Shown: positions 17,831 to 27,876 of the stretch, piece by piece
Layout: each line of letters begins with the position of its first letter
Position numbering within the stretch: the stretch's first letter is position 1
DNA from: a virus
Taxonomy: Duplodnaviria > Caudoviricetes
Strand: one strand, 5' to 3'
Length of the DNA: 64,000 nt
Virus record (IMG/VR): IMGVR_UViG_3300028591_000143
Location: 33,589-97,588 of that record
Position numbers and translations under genes: made by a program
Notes under the pieces: generated by a model
The model's database searches: none
What the model was told of the DNA's origin: nothing
What the model saw: the letters and a program-made list of their open reading frames with translations, nothing else

Positions 17831-20301
17831 TATTCACTGTAATTAATTGTTATATCGAGACCTATGTTATTGTTTATTAGGTCTTTTACTCCTGTTTCTA
17901 TTCTCATCGCCAGTTTATTTTGGGTATATGAGATAGAGAAATCGGTTATATTTATGTAATCTATTATAGAGAAGCTTTGTTGGAGATTGTTTAGTATAGT
18001 TTCTAGGATTTTTCTAACCTCGATATCACTTCTTTTAGCCAAGTAGTTCCATTTTTGTTTTTTCAATTCTCTAGTTATTTTACTTATAGCGAATCTCATC
18101 CAGGCAGTACTATTATAAACCTCCCCGTTGCAATAGTCTTTGTAATAATAGATTTGGTTATTTGTGGTTAAGTAGTTGCTTTTATAGTGTTTTAGTGTTT
18201 TTTCGATTTCTTCTCCGTCTTCTGTATATGGATTAATAAGAAAATCCAGGTAATTTATATATTGGACAGAGACGGAGTATATATCAAAGAATAGACCTGT
18301 GAGATAAATATAATAAGCTGGTCTAGGTCTTCTATAAACTGTCATATCCTGGAAGAAATATATGAGTCTATTATCAAGGTCGCCGAGGTAGTTATAAATA
18401 AAATCGCCCTTATTTTCTGCTACCTCTATAGTTTCGATATCAGTTTCTTGAATCAAACTATCATCTCCTTTTTTATAATATTCATCATTACGTTTCCAGA
18501 GTATATATGGTTCTAGATCTTTATTCCATTTAGGTAAATTTTCTACTTCATTGATTATAAAAGTGCTTGGATTATTTTGGATAAGTACTTGAAAATCCCA
18601 ACCCTTAGCATAGTCAAGGAATTTTTGTTGATATTCTAGGTCTGATAATTTGTTTGTGTAGAGTTTTTTATCTGGGACCAAGAAATAATCTGGACTTATA
18701 TTATCTTCCGAGAACATCACACTCATAGCTTTCCAATACATTTTAGGGTTATAGTTTTCAGTCTTAGCTCCCTGTAATATCCAATCTCCTTCACGTAATC
18801 CAGAATTTATATTATTAAATCTTAAGTGAACCAGTTTAGATTCCTTAGATACCCTATAGTCCAATCTTTCTTCTCCTGGTTCTGGATGAAGTTTACCCTC
18901 AAATATCTCAGAGTAGTTAAACCTAGAAATTGTGATTTGGTATACTTCTCCTGGGGTTACTGTAAAAACACTAAATTTTATATTATCCGTATTATAATCC
19001 TGGTCGCTCTTTCCTATAGTTTTGCTCCATACTTCAAATCCCCAATCATTTTCAGGGAGTTGAGAGCATAGAAGGTTTTGTGTTTCTCTATAATCAGCGG
19101 CCATATTAAAACCGGGAAAATCAAAGTAATAATCGATAGGGATAGGAATTTGGGAATATATTTTATCATCCTCAATATAATATCCTAATCCTTCTATAAA
19201 TCCAAGAAGATCTCCCCATCTTGTTATATTTTCTCTTCGATTATTTCCTGAATCATCTCTTTCTTCTGGAATAAACCTTTTAGAAACCCTATTATCAACT
19301 CTTTCGGATTCTTTAAGCCATCTAGATCCGTGGAAATTGTAATATTCATTATTATATAAATATTTTTTATTTGTATCTAATTCTGGTACAAGTTCATCTA
19401 CCTCTCCACCATCCTCAAGATCATCCCAGTCTGCATCATTATAAGCCAGATAGTAATTATTTTTTGTAATAGGATCTGGAATAACGAGATAGTAATAGTC
19501 GGGGAGTGTATCTTGTTCAGCATTGTTATAAGAGATAGATGCACAATAGGTAGAGTTCAGGTTTTCTAGTTTTATAGGTTCATCCGGGTTTATAGTAGGA
19601 ATATTAGAATAATTCTTACTAAAAACGCCGAGTCTTTGTTCATGATATTCAGGATTACATTCGATTATATTTCCTGTGTATTCTGGTTTTGGTATAAGTA
19701 ATGTATCTCTATTTTCCTGAGATATTGTAGTTTCTTCTGTATTTTGTGGAAGATCTTTTTCAGAAACCCAAGAATCAAAAATCCATATATACCAACAACC
19801 AATACTATCATTAGAAGTTATCCATTGTCCTCCTATATTCACAACCCAACAATTCTCCGGTACAACAAAGTACTTAGTATCTGGGTCGGGATTTTCAGGA
19901 TAAGTCTCTACCTCTCCACCGTCCATAAGAGAGTCCCAATCTACCCTAAGACCTCCGACCCAATATTTAGTACTAGGATCACCGGAGGAGGGTAAAGATT
20001 CGGGGGTTGGATAAGTTTCATTAGCGGGAGTATATTCTGAAAGATTTATATATTGATCATCCTTTATTTTTTCCTCAGATACAGGTTTATAGAGATAAAG
20101 GGATATATTTCTTTCTAGGAGTTCTGAGAAATAATCATAGTCTGTGAAGTTTTTTCCGAACCATATATCAAGTTCATCTTTATTTCGAATTATCACAGGT
20201 TTTTCATAACTTAACCCAGAATCAGTAACTTCAGATAGAATAATATAGTCGTTAGTATTCTGTAAATATTGTATACGTATTGAATTAAGTTTTATGTACA
20301 T
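17830..20301 (-). CDS. Second tail-sheath-like protein
   Basis: N-terminal KPVIIRNKDELDIWFG and C-terminal AISKITREL…VRKILETIL…QNKLAMRIE parallel the ends of 27877..30345; adjacent to tube. Confidence 0.55.
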   Translation of the reverse strand: MYIKLNSIRIQYLQNTNDYIILSEVTDSGLSYEKPVIIRNKDELDIWFGKNFTDYDYFSELLERNISLYLYKPVSEEKIKDDQYINLSEYTPANETYPTPESLPSSGDPSTKYWVGGLRVDWDSLMDGGEVETYPENPDPDTKYFVVPENCWVVNIGGQWITSNDSIGCWYIWIFDSWVSEKDLPQNTEETTISQENRDTLLIPKPEYTGNIIECNPEYHEQRLGVFSKNYSNIPTINPDEPIKLENLNSTYCASISYNNAEQDTLPDYYYLVIPDPITKNNYYLAYNDADWDDLEDGGEVDELVPELDTNKKYLYNNEYYNFHGSRWLKESERVDNRVSKRFIPEERDDSGNNRRENITRWGDLLGFIEGLGYYIEDDKIYSQIPIPIDYYFDFPGFNMAADYRETQNLLCSQLPENDWGFEVWSKTIGKSDQDYNTDNIKFSVFTVTPGEVYQITISRFNYSEIFEGKLHPEPGEERLDYRVSKESKLVHLRFNNINSGLREGDWILQGAKTENYNPKMYWKAMSVMFSEDNISPDYFLVPDKKLYTNKLSDLEYQQKFLDYAKGWDFQVLIQNNPSTFIINEVENLPKWNKDLEPYILWKRNDEYYKKGDDSLIQETDIETIEVAENKGDFIYNYLGDLDNRLIYFFQDMTVYRRPRPAYYIYLTGLFFDIYSVSVQYINYLDFLINPYTEDGEEIEKTLKHYKSNYLTTNNQIYYYKDYCNGEVYNSTAWMRFAISKITRELKKQKWNYLAKRSDIEVRKILETILNNLQQSFSIIDYINITDFSISYTQNKLAMRIETGVKDLINNNIGLDITINYSE

Positions 20302-20303
20302 GT

Positions 20304-23036
20304 TTAATGCGGGGTTAAGTATGGTATTATTCTATTATCCTCCCCAATAAAGTTTAGTTGTTGTGCTTTATCCGGAGTAATGATTTCTTTCTTTCGTCTT
20401 TTTTGCATTTCATTCCAGATTTCCCAATTTTGATATTCATTTCCTAAGGATGAATCGAAATCAGGTCTGTCATCAGGATTAGGAAACCATTCTTCAGGTT
20501 CTATTATACTTTTTAGTCCTCCATCCCCAAATACAGGTCGAATTGTTAGTGGAAGTTTATCTTCACTTCTAAATGGTTTTTCTTCTAATTCTCCGACAAT
20601 AGAAAAACTAACATTAAGATCTGAACCGCCACTATCTACTTCTCCTGTATAATCCTCAGAAAAATCCTTAAGAACACATAGAAGATAGAAAGCACGAGCG
20701 GTAAAGAATTGTGGGGTCATTATATAAACACTGATGAGGAATGTTATGTTTTTATAAAAGGCAGCACATACAGTTTCTTTATCTACGGCTGTCGGAATTG
20801 GATTTATTTCGAAATAATAGTCTCCAGTGTGTGCCTCTGAATTATATACAGCAACATCAGCACATTTTTGGAAGTAATGTTTCCAAGATTTCCACTGATC
20901 ATCTACTATAGTCATTCTGAACTCGTTTGTATATTCAGAAGTAACCGGATAATTAATTTCTCCGTCGAATAATCCTAAACTTTTCGTAGTTAATTTTGAT
21001 TTCTGTAATTCAAAACCCGATAAAGGAATCCACTTATTATATTCTGTTTTAGCTCCATGTTCTACTAAGTTTATAGTATTTATTTCCCTTGGGCTTGGAA
21101 GGAATGAATATCCACCATTTATGGCTTCATATACAATACTTCCATCATTTACCCAAGGCTCCATAAGTACTTCCCAATACATATTTGAATCTAATGTCCT
21201 TGAAATTCCCTTATTTACTTTTCCGGCGGTTGTTATATAGGGGCTTTTTTCTAAGATATCTAATAACTTATCTGCTGAATCCACATCAATGACTTTAGTA
21301 TCACATAAGTCTTGAAGGGTTAGGTTTAGTCCGGTAGGTTTTTGTGAGTAATATCCCCCAAAATACTTTAGAAAATCAGAGTGGTTTTCATAAGAATTAA
21401 ATACTTTATTAACTTCATCCCCATATTTCAATCCCCTATCATTTTCGCTTTTTTCTGGTCTTCTTAAGGGACTTGGACTATTTTCTCCACTAAATATATT
21501 TTCTAGTCCTTTTTTTACTACACCACGGATCATATTACTTGCTAGATTTCCTATACCGCTTTTTTGATCCCAGCCTGTATATCCTAGATTACCCAAAGCT
21601 CCTGATAATCCTTCTGTTATAGCCTTATGTACTATACTTCCACTATCTCCGGGAAGTCTATCTTTATTTAATTTTAAAGCCCTTTCGGTTTGTTCTCTAG
21701 CTTCTATTAATAATCCTAAAGTCTCGTTTATTAATGTGGCTCTCAAAGAACCTTTAACCCATGGACCTAATGTATCTTCTGCTATTTTTCTTAGAAGTCC
21801 ACTAGCCCCATTTTGTAGAACTGTTCCAAGACCTGACCAATAAAAAGGAACTCTAGTATAATTATTTTCTAGATTTTCTATAGGAGGTTTATCTGATTCT
21901 GTCATTTCCATTATTCCTTCTGGTAAATTTTCAATATCACCATCCTCCTTAATCAGTTCTTGTCTTTCTTCTGATAGTTCTTGATCTTCTCCTGTCTGTT
22001 GAAGAGGAACTATAAAAGAATTTAATAATCTTTCTTCATATTCATCTGCTCTTTCGGGACTTATTCTAGATCCGGATAAATAAGCAGACATAAGAGAGGC
22101 TATCCTTTCTGACCATTCATTCCCCTCATTTTCTCTAAGTAAACGAATGGCTAATTCATACAATCCCTCTTCATCCAGCCTATTATTAGCGTCCTGTATA
22201 ATAGCCCGTAATTCTTCGCTCCTAGATTGTCTTAGGTCTTCAAGCTCCTCCGGATTTATAGTTTCCTTATGATCTTCTAAGTTCTCTGGATCTTCTGAGG
22301 GGGTATGATTAATTATAGTATGATCAAGTTCTTCTATATCATCTCCAATCCTTAATTCCTCACGCTGATCCTCTAAGTTTTCTGGAGCGTTATTTTGATT
22401 CGGGCTGGAACTAAGGACGACATTACTTAGGCTGGGGATATTCTTTTCATCTCCAACAATAGTATAAATATCATCCACTAGTTCAGGATCACGTGTTTCT
22501 GTTGTGAGGGATTCAATATAGTCTGATAAATTCCCACTTTTTAATTCTCCCCCTAATTTCTCTGTTTCTGTTTCTAGCTTTGGATCATCAGGGGTTTTCT
22601 TTAACCTGATGGGATTTTTTTCTAATTCTACCTCTTTTTCTTCCCCGCCTAATTTTTCAAACTTATTTTCCAGACGTGTATCCCGAAGATCCTCTAGTTT
22701 TCTCGTCTGTGTTTCTAGTTTGGGATCTTTGGCGGGGTTGAGGTTTACTTTTTTATCCACAAGCTCAACCCTCTTATCACCATCCAACTCTATTCTCGTA
22801 TCTTCAAGTTTAGGGTTGTCATTGGTAGAGAGTTTTAGTTGTTCTTCAGGGAGCTCATTTATCTTAGGAACTTGTGGGGTATCTTTTCCAGGGACTTCTA
22901 AACTATTCTTATCTAATTCTATGTAAGGATCTTTTTTTATTTCCTTTAGATATTTAGATAGAGCAGCAATTTCTTCAGGTCGTGTAAGTTGATTATACCC
23001 TGGAATTTTATTACTTTTTCTAATATCCGTATCCAT
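20304..23036 (-). CDS. Virion protein: acidic repeats plus C-terminal tube-like domain
   Basis: DPKLE repeats; EFRMTIVDD…LCVLKD…SDLNVSFSI aligns by eye with the spliced tube. Confidence 0.55.
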   Translation of the reverse strand: MDTDIRKSNKIPGYNQLTRPEEIAALSKYLKEIKKDPYIELDKNSLEVPGKDTPQVPKINELPEEQLKLSTNDNPKLEDTRIELDGDKRVELVDKKVNLNPAKDPKLETQTRKLEDLRDTRLENKFEKLGGEEKEVELEKNPIRLKKTPDDPKLETETEKLGGELKSGNLSDYIESLTTETRDPELVDDIYTIVGDEKNIPSLSNVVLSSSPNQNNAPENLEDQREELRIGDDIEELDHTIINHTPSEDPENLEDHKETINPEELEDLRQSRSEELRAIIQDANNRLDEEGLYELAIRLLRENEGNEWSERIASLMSAYLSGSRISPERADEYEERLLNSFIVPLQQTGEDQELSEERQELIKEDGDIENLPEGIMEMTESDKPPIENLENNYTRVPFYWSGLGTVLQNGASGLLRKIAEDTLGPWVKGSLRATLINETLGLLIEAREQTERALKLNKDRLPGDSGSIVHKAITEGLSGALGNLGYTGWDQKSGIGNLASNMIRGVVKKGLENIFSGENSPSPLRRPEKSENDRGLKYGDEVNKVFNSYENHSDFLKYFGGYYSQKPTGLNLTLQDLCDTKVIDVDSADKLLDILEKSPYITTAGKVNKGISRTLDSNMYWEVLMEPWVNDGSIVYEAINGGYSFLPSPREINTINLVEHGAKTEYNKWIPLSGFELQKSKLTTKSLGLFDGEINYPVTSEYTNEFRMTIVDDQWKSWKHYFQKCADVAVYNSEAHTGDYYFEINPIPTAVDKETVCAAFYKNITFLISVYIMTPQFFTARAFYLLCVLKDFSEDYTGEVDSGGSDLNVSFSIVGELEEKPFRSEDKLPLTIRPVFGDGGLKSIIEPEEWFPNPDDRPDFDSSLGNEYQNWEIWNEMQKRRKKEIITPDKAQQLNFIGEDNRIIPYLTPH

Positions 23037-23039
23037 TGC

Positions 23040-23477
23040 TTACTCTTCGATGGTTTCAATAATACTAGAGAGAGTGTATGCAAATAAGGTTTCAGCAGCC
23101 TCAGAATAAGCTTGTTTCATAGAGATTTTAAACCTGTATGTTCTCTTATCCCTCGTATACTGTAATTCATCTCCCACCTGTAATGAATCATCCGGAGTAT
23201 AAGATTCTATAGTATCCCGGTTTCTATTCCATACATCTCTCATCTCATTCATATTTATTATAAGCGTTGTTGTAAATTGCTCATAATCATTTTCAAGAGT
23301 CGTATCAGAGGAATATGAGCCTCCAAATACATTCCTCCACTTATCATTCTTAGGACGAAGAACAACAAACTCAGTACCCATAAGTTTCATTTGTACTTTT
23401 ATATTCTTCATTCCTATCGAGTAGAATTTATTGGCCTTTTCTAAGTTTTTGGAGGCCATACTTTCTGCATTACTCAT
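23040..23477 (-). CDS. Putative head-closure/neck protein
   Basis: 145 aa; LQVGDELQY…YRFKI pattern; position. Confidence 0.45.
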   Translation of the reverse strand: MSNAESMASKNLEKANKFYSIGMKNIKVQMKLMGTEFVVLRPKNDKWRNVFGGSYSSDTTLENDYEQFTTTLIINMNEMRDVWNRNRDTIESYTPDDSLQVGDELQYTRDKRTYRFKISMKQAYSEAAETLFAYTLSSIIETIEE

Positions 23478-23836
23478 TGTTCATCTATTATTACACAAAA
23501 TTCCTCATTTTCTATAATGAACTTTACTACTTTTATATACTGTGCGTCTGTTAATTTCCCTGAGAGAGATAATATAAATACGTTTCTATCAAAAATAGTA
23601 CGAGTTCTTATAAAAGGGGCAACAGATCTTAAAAAATCTTCTATATCATACTGACTATACTCAAGCTCTATCGGTACATAAATCTTAGTATTTATAGGAT
23701 CAGCTGTTATAGAGATATAATCTCCAGGAACAGAATCTCTTACTTCATAGTCATCAATTCCAGATCGATCTAAGTTATCTGTTATCCTTTCTAGAAAATT
23801 ATTGGAGTACTTTTTTTCTCTCAATACAATCATCAT
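23474..23836 (-). CDS. Leader-bearing putative internal virion protein
   Basis: Starts MMIVLREKKY|S. Confidence 0.7.
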   Translation of the reverse strand: MMIVLREKKYSNNFLERITDNLDRSGIDDYEVRDSVPGDYISITADPINTKIYVPIELEYSQYDIEDFLRSVAPFIRTRTIFDRNVFILSLSGKLTDAQYIKVVKFIIENEEFCVIIDEQ

Positions 23837-25044
23837 CCCTCGTATATATTAAATTTTATCCGAGTTGACATTAATTTTTTTATTATAAGATCAAACTCAG
23901 ATAGTGAATTGAAAGAATAATTGTAAACTACTGATCTCCCTATCTCCGAACGTCTTATTTTGGTTTTTAGAGAAGACCATACTGTTTTATCAATATCCTT
24001 CATTTCTTGACTATCTTTTTCTACAGTAACTATAAATAAGCCTTGATTCATTGACATATTATTCTTGGCTTTTTTATCGGATACTGTATAATTGAACCCC
24101 TCAATATAGTGGAGTCGTTTTAGTGTGTCTTCAAGATAAGAATTACTATAAGATTTCTTGGGAAGTAAAAATCCCTCTCTTGCCAGGTCCTTTAAAGATA
24201 TCTCACGACAAGCTTCATGAATCAATCCTATAAGAATTGAAGGAATAGCAGCATAACCAAATTTAAGCGATCTAGCATTCTTTGCTCCTGTATTTCCTAG
24301 GATTTTTAAAACTTCATATTTATTGAGGGGCTTAACACTAAAAGACTTCTGACTCTCCTCTAATCTCCCCCTAACAAGTGCATTATTGTCAAGAAGATTT
24401 ATTTTTGTTTGCAGAATTTCGGAAAGTTCTATCATAAAATTAGAGATGACTTGATAATTGGTAAATGTGATAGATACAGCCCAACAATTATTATCGGGGT
24501 TTATGGCAACAGAAGTATATCCCATTCCATAATATTTCTTACAATAATAATCAAGGTGCTTATTCAGTTTATCCATTTCTTCATCATTTACCCGATTAGT
24601 ATACATCGTGACTTTATTATCCTGAACTGCAAAACAAATCTTATAGTCACATACATTTCTATCATTAAAAGCAAACCTCTCTTCCATAGTGGCTCTCTTT
24701 TCAAGCTTATCCCCCAAAGGAATACTGGCTGCTTTATAAATACCATACTCTCTTCTTATACCTTTATCTATTTCTTGGTATTTAACTTTGGACATAGGTT
24801 TGTGAAGATAGTTGATAAGAATTTTTAATGCCACACCAGTAAGAGCACCATATTTAGCACCCGTCGCAGCTCCTTGTCCTACGGTAGATTTTTTATCTAT
24901 CTTTCCGACAATGGCTCCTATAATAGCACCTCCGATTGTAGATTTCCCTATTACTTCAAGCGAGGATGGTAGGTTTTCTTCATCTTTGGTTCCTGTAAAA
25001 TGCCCTTCCTGTATTGTAAATTCTTTTTGTCTAAATTTTATCAT
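23833..25044 (-). CDS. Leader-bearing glycine-zipper protein
   Basis: MIKFRQKEF|T; IGGAIIGAIVG…GAATGAKYGALTG. Confidence 0.75.
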   Translation of the reverse strand: MIKFRQKEFTIQEGHFTGTKDEENLPSSLEVIGKSTIGGAIIGAIVGKIDKKSTVGQGAATGAKYGALTGVALKILINYLHKPMSKVKYQEIDKGIRREYGIYKAASIPLGDKLEKRATMEERFAFNDRNVCDYKICFAVQDNKVTMYTNRVNDEEMDKLNKHLDYYCKKYYGMGYTSVAINPDNNCWAVSITFTNYQVISNFMIELSEILQTKINLLDNNALVRGRLEESQKSFSVKPLNKYEVLKILGNTGAKNARSLKFGYAAIPSILIGLIHEACREISLKDLAREGFLLPKKSYSNSYLEDTLKRLHYIEGFNYTVSDKKAKNNMSMNQGLFIVTVEKDSQEMKDIDKTVWSSLKTKIRRSEIGRSVVYNYSFNSLSEFDLIIKKLMSTRIKFNIYEG

Positions 25045-25063
25045 AATGGTTTTTTATTATCTA

Positions 25064-25915
25064 TCAATGTGCTGGTTGGAGTTGTGGTCTTTGTACTACC
25101 CTTCTAAAAGTATTACGAACGTTATTTACTGTCCCATGAATACTATCCCCACCAATAACAGGTCCTAATACATTTTTGGTTCCATTTTTAAACCAATCAT
25201 ATCTTGCTTTTTGTGATGAAGTTAAACCTTTTCCTTGTGCCGCATTTATCAAATCCATCCCAGCATCTAATTCCCATTTTGAAAGAACAGGGGCAGAAGC
25301 GATAATTCCCTTAGTGGCTGGATCTACTGGTAATGCGATCGCTAATGCTGGCTGTCCAACTTTAGCACCAGCCTGAAGTGCCGCGTTTTTTATTACAAGT
25401 CCTGGTCTAGCTACTACTGCTCCACCCGCTTTTCCTACAGTGTTAATAATAGTATCACCAGTTCTATTGTAGAGAGCATCTGCAGTATTATATGCGGTTT
25501 TTTTAGTATTCTCTACTTTCTTATTGATATTTTGGTGTTTTTTGTTAATAACTTTGGCTGAGTTTTCTGGTAAAGATAGACTACGAGCCCTTTTCGCTTT
25601 TTTTGTAATAGAAGGTAGACCAGTAGTTTGTGCAACTCCTTCTAAAACCGATGCTTTTGCTTTATTATATTTAGAGAGTATTCCAGTGGCGGCAGCTTTT
25701 ATAGGATTAGATCCAGCCTCTTTTAATGCGACCTTAGACCTAAGTAATTTTTGTGCTTTATTACTATATAATTTCTGATCCATAACCACACTAAAAGCCT
25801 TAAGCTCAATTACTGGTTTTCGTTTTATGTAGGGGTTTCCGGGATCAGTTGGTAGTCTTTTGAAAACCCACTCCTTTACTTTTGGTAATATTTTCTTTGG
25901 TCTAAATTCCGGCAT
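25064..25915 (-). CDS. Basic Ala/Gly-rich putative internal protein
   Basis: Internal LKAF|S and QKLY|S motifs; Lys-rich. Confidence 0.7.
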   Translation of the reverse strand: MPEFRPKKILPKVKEWVFKRLPTDPGNPYIKRKPVIELKAFSVVMDQKLYSNKAQKLLRSKVALKEAGSNPIKAAATGILSKYNKAKASVLEGVAQTTGLPSITKKAKRARSLSLPENSAKVINKKHQNINKKVENTKKTAYNTADALYNRTGDTIINTVGKAGGAVVARPGLVIKNAALQAGAKVGQPALAIALPVDPATKGIIASAPVLSKWELDAGMDLINAAQGKGLTSSQKARYDWFKNGTKNVLGPVIGGDSIHGTVNNVRNTFRRVVQRPQLQPAH

Positions 25916-25928
25916 AATTTATATACAT

Positions 25929-26675
25929 TTAAATTAATAATTCACCATACCAAGAAGATTGTAATTGGTATTGGTCACATCTAGCCCGTAGTTCCATATA
26001 TGCCGAATCCAAAGATGACATAACATCAAGTGGAGAATTAGGTATTTGAACTGAGGCTTTTAGCTGTCGTAAGAAATCTAGGACATGCAAAACACAGAGG
26101 TCCATAAAATAGTTTCCTCTGGCTCCTTCTTCTACATTCATCCAATATACAGCTGCTTTTTTACTAGCCGGATTGAATGTTTTGTCAGGGAGGAAATCTG
26201 GTATTATAGGACGACTACATAATCCCTTCATATAAAATTCCGTACCCATAAGATCTCCTGTGAATAAGTAAGGTCTTTGATAATCGGTAGCGGGAAAATA
26301 GGCGCCCGGAGAAGGATAAGAAAGATTACCACCCACACGCAAATAAGGTAAGGAATTAGGAACAAGGATAATACTCTCTTCTGGAATTATACAATCTAAG
26401 AATAGGGTAAAGTTTGATTTTATTTCCTTCCATCCTTCTCTACCATAACAGGTTCCAAGTTGCCCCTCATTCAATCTCATCTCTAAGACTAGTGGATTTG
26501 ATATTTCAAACTCTCGAAGGGCTTTTTTTATTAATTCTAAAAGTATTTCATCCGCCGAAAGATAATCATTCAACCCTAGAAGTTCATCTAAGGAATCTAG
26601 GGAAATAAGGGCGCAACGGATAAATATTTTTCGCTTTAGATCAGTAAGTGTTGTCTTATCCATAATTATTTTCAA
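25929..26675 (-). CDS. Putative neck/head-tail adaptor
   Basis: 248 aa; helical N- and C-termini as in T4 gp13-like proteins; position near sheath. Confidence 0.5.
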   Translation of the reverse strand: MKIIMDKTTLTDLKRKIFIRCALISLDSLDELLGLNDYLSADEILLELIKKALREFEISNPLVLEMRLNEGQLGTCYGREGWKEIKSNFTLFLDCIIPEESIILVPNSLPYLRVGGNLSYPSPGAYFPATDYQRPYLFTGDLMGTEFYMKGLCSRPIIPDFLPDKTFNPASKKAAVYWMNVEEGARGNYFMDLCVLHVLDFLRQLKASVQIPNSPLDVMSSLDSAYMELRARCDQYQLQSSWYGELLI

Positions 26676-27800
26676 TTAATCTATGTTATATTGTGGATAG
26701 GGTATTGGAAGAAGATTAGGACGTATTGTTGTTGTTATGTCCTTATTACTTAAAAATAGTGTTTCCAATATTTCATCAATTCTATTTCTATCTACCCATG
26801 GGATCTTTATTAGAGAAATATTATTTTTTAAACAATATTCTTCTAGATAATTATCTCTCAATACTTGCTTAATGAATCCATCTAAATTTATATGGAAATA
26901 CTCAACGAATTTATAGTGCTGTAATCCATTAAATTCTATTACTTGATTAGTACTTTTGATATAGAAATCTGGAGTTAAAACAGTTTGTTGTAATAAACTA
27001 CTTTTTACTGGTATTTTATATTTTCTATCTATATCTTGAGGAGAGAAATATTTTAATAATTTAGAATAGACTATGTTTTCAGACCCTATTCTATTATATT
27101 CTTCATAACATTGAGGACACACTGCTAGACCCCTTAATATGGTATTATAATTAACTACAAATGGACCATGTATAGGACAAATTAAAGTAACTTTTCCTTC
27201 ATAGGTACTATACTCAGTTAATATTCTTGAATAGTCGTAATCAAATTTTTTGTTCTCAATTACTCTTCTATATGCTTCTTCTGGAGAGAGCGTAACACAT
27301 CTCCTTGTTATTTCAGCTGAGCATTTTTTACAGTTCCAACCTTTTCTAAGGAATCTAGAAATTCTAGTCTTTCCTATTTCATTGTGTTTTTTACATCTAA
27401 TAATTATATTAAATCTAGTACTCTTAAATAAATTAGGATCTTGTAAATCAACACCAATAAATTCTAGATCCTGACCTAGAAGCTTTAACCTATCTATCGT
27501 ATTTAGGACTAGTTCTGTTGACTTTTCTGGACTTTTCCACCATTGAGTATTAATTGAGTTTTTTTGCTCTTCTTTTCCACACTCAGGACATCCTATTCTA
27601 TAAGTATCTTTTAGTTTTGCATAGGTTGTTTCAACTACTATACCATGTATATCACACTTACAATAAATCCTTGTTTGTTTTCCATTTAACTTTCCTACTT
27701 TAATTAACTTAAAGGTCGGTCCATGTAAAATTCTAACTCTTTCTATTATTTCTTCAACTCTTTTTGTAATACTTTCTTCTGTTAACTCTTCGTATTTCAT
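26676..27800 (-). CDS. Free-standing homing-endonuclease-like protein (Zn-ribbon repeats + Vsr/DUF559-like nuclease)
   Basis: C..HG / CPEC repeats; PDFYI…VIEFNGLQHY…RD…YC…LIKIPW. Confidence 0.8.
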   Translation of the reverse strand: MKYEELTEESITKRVEEIIERVRILHGPTFKLIKVGKLNGKQTRIYCKCDIHGIVVETTYAKLKDTYRIGCPECGKEEQKNSINTQWWKSPEKSTELVLNTIDRLKLLGQDLEFIGVDLQDPNLFKSTRFNIIIRCKKHNEIGKTRISRFLRKGWNCKKCSAEITRRCVTLSPEEAYRRVIENKKFDYDYSRILTEYSTYEGKVTLICPIHGPFVVNYNTILRGLAVCPQCYEEYNRIGSENIVYSKLLKYFSPQDIDRKYKIPVKSSLLQQTVLTPDFYIKSTNQVIEFNGLQHYKFVEYFHINLDGFIKQVLRDNYLEEYCLKNNISLIKIPWVDRNRIDEILETLFLSNKDITTTIRPNLLPIPYPQYNID

Positions 27801-27812
27801 ATTAGATATAAA

Positions 27813-27862
27813 TGGGGTTGATAATAAAAAACCTTAATAGAAATTAACTTATTACCAACCCC
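27813..27862 (-). terminator. Hairpin after sheath gene
   Basis: GGGGTTG…CAACCCC inverted repeat. Confidence 0.45.
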
Positions 27863-27876
27863 AGATTTTTATTTTA

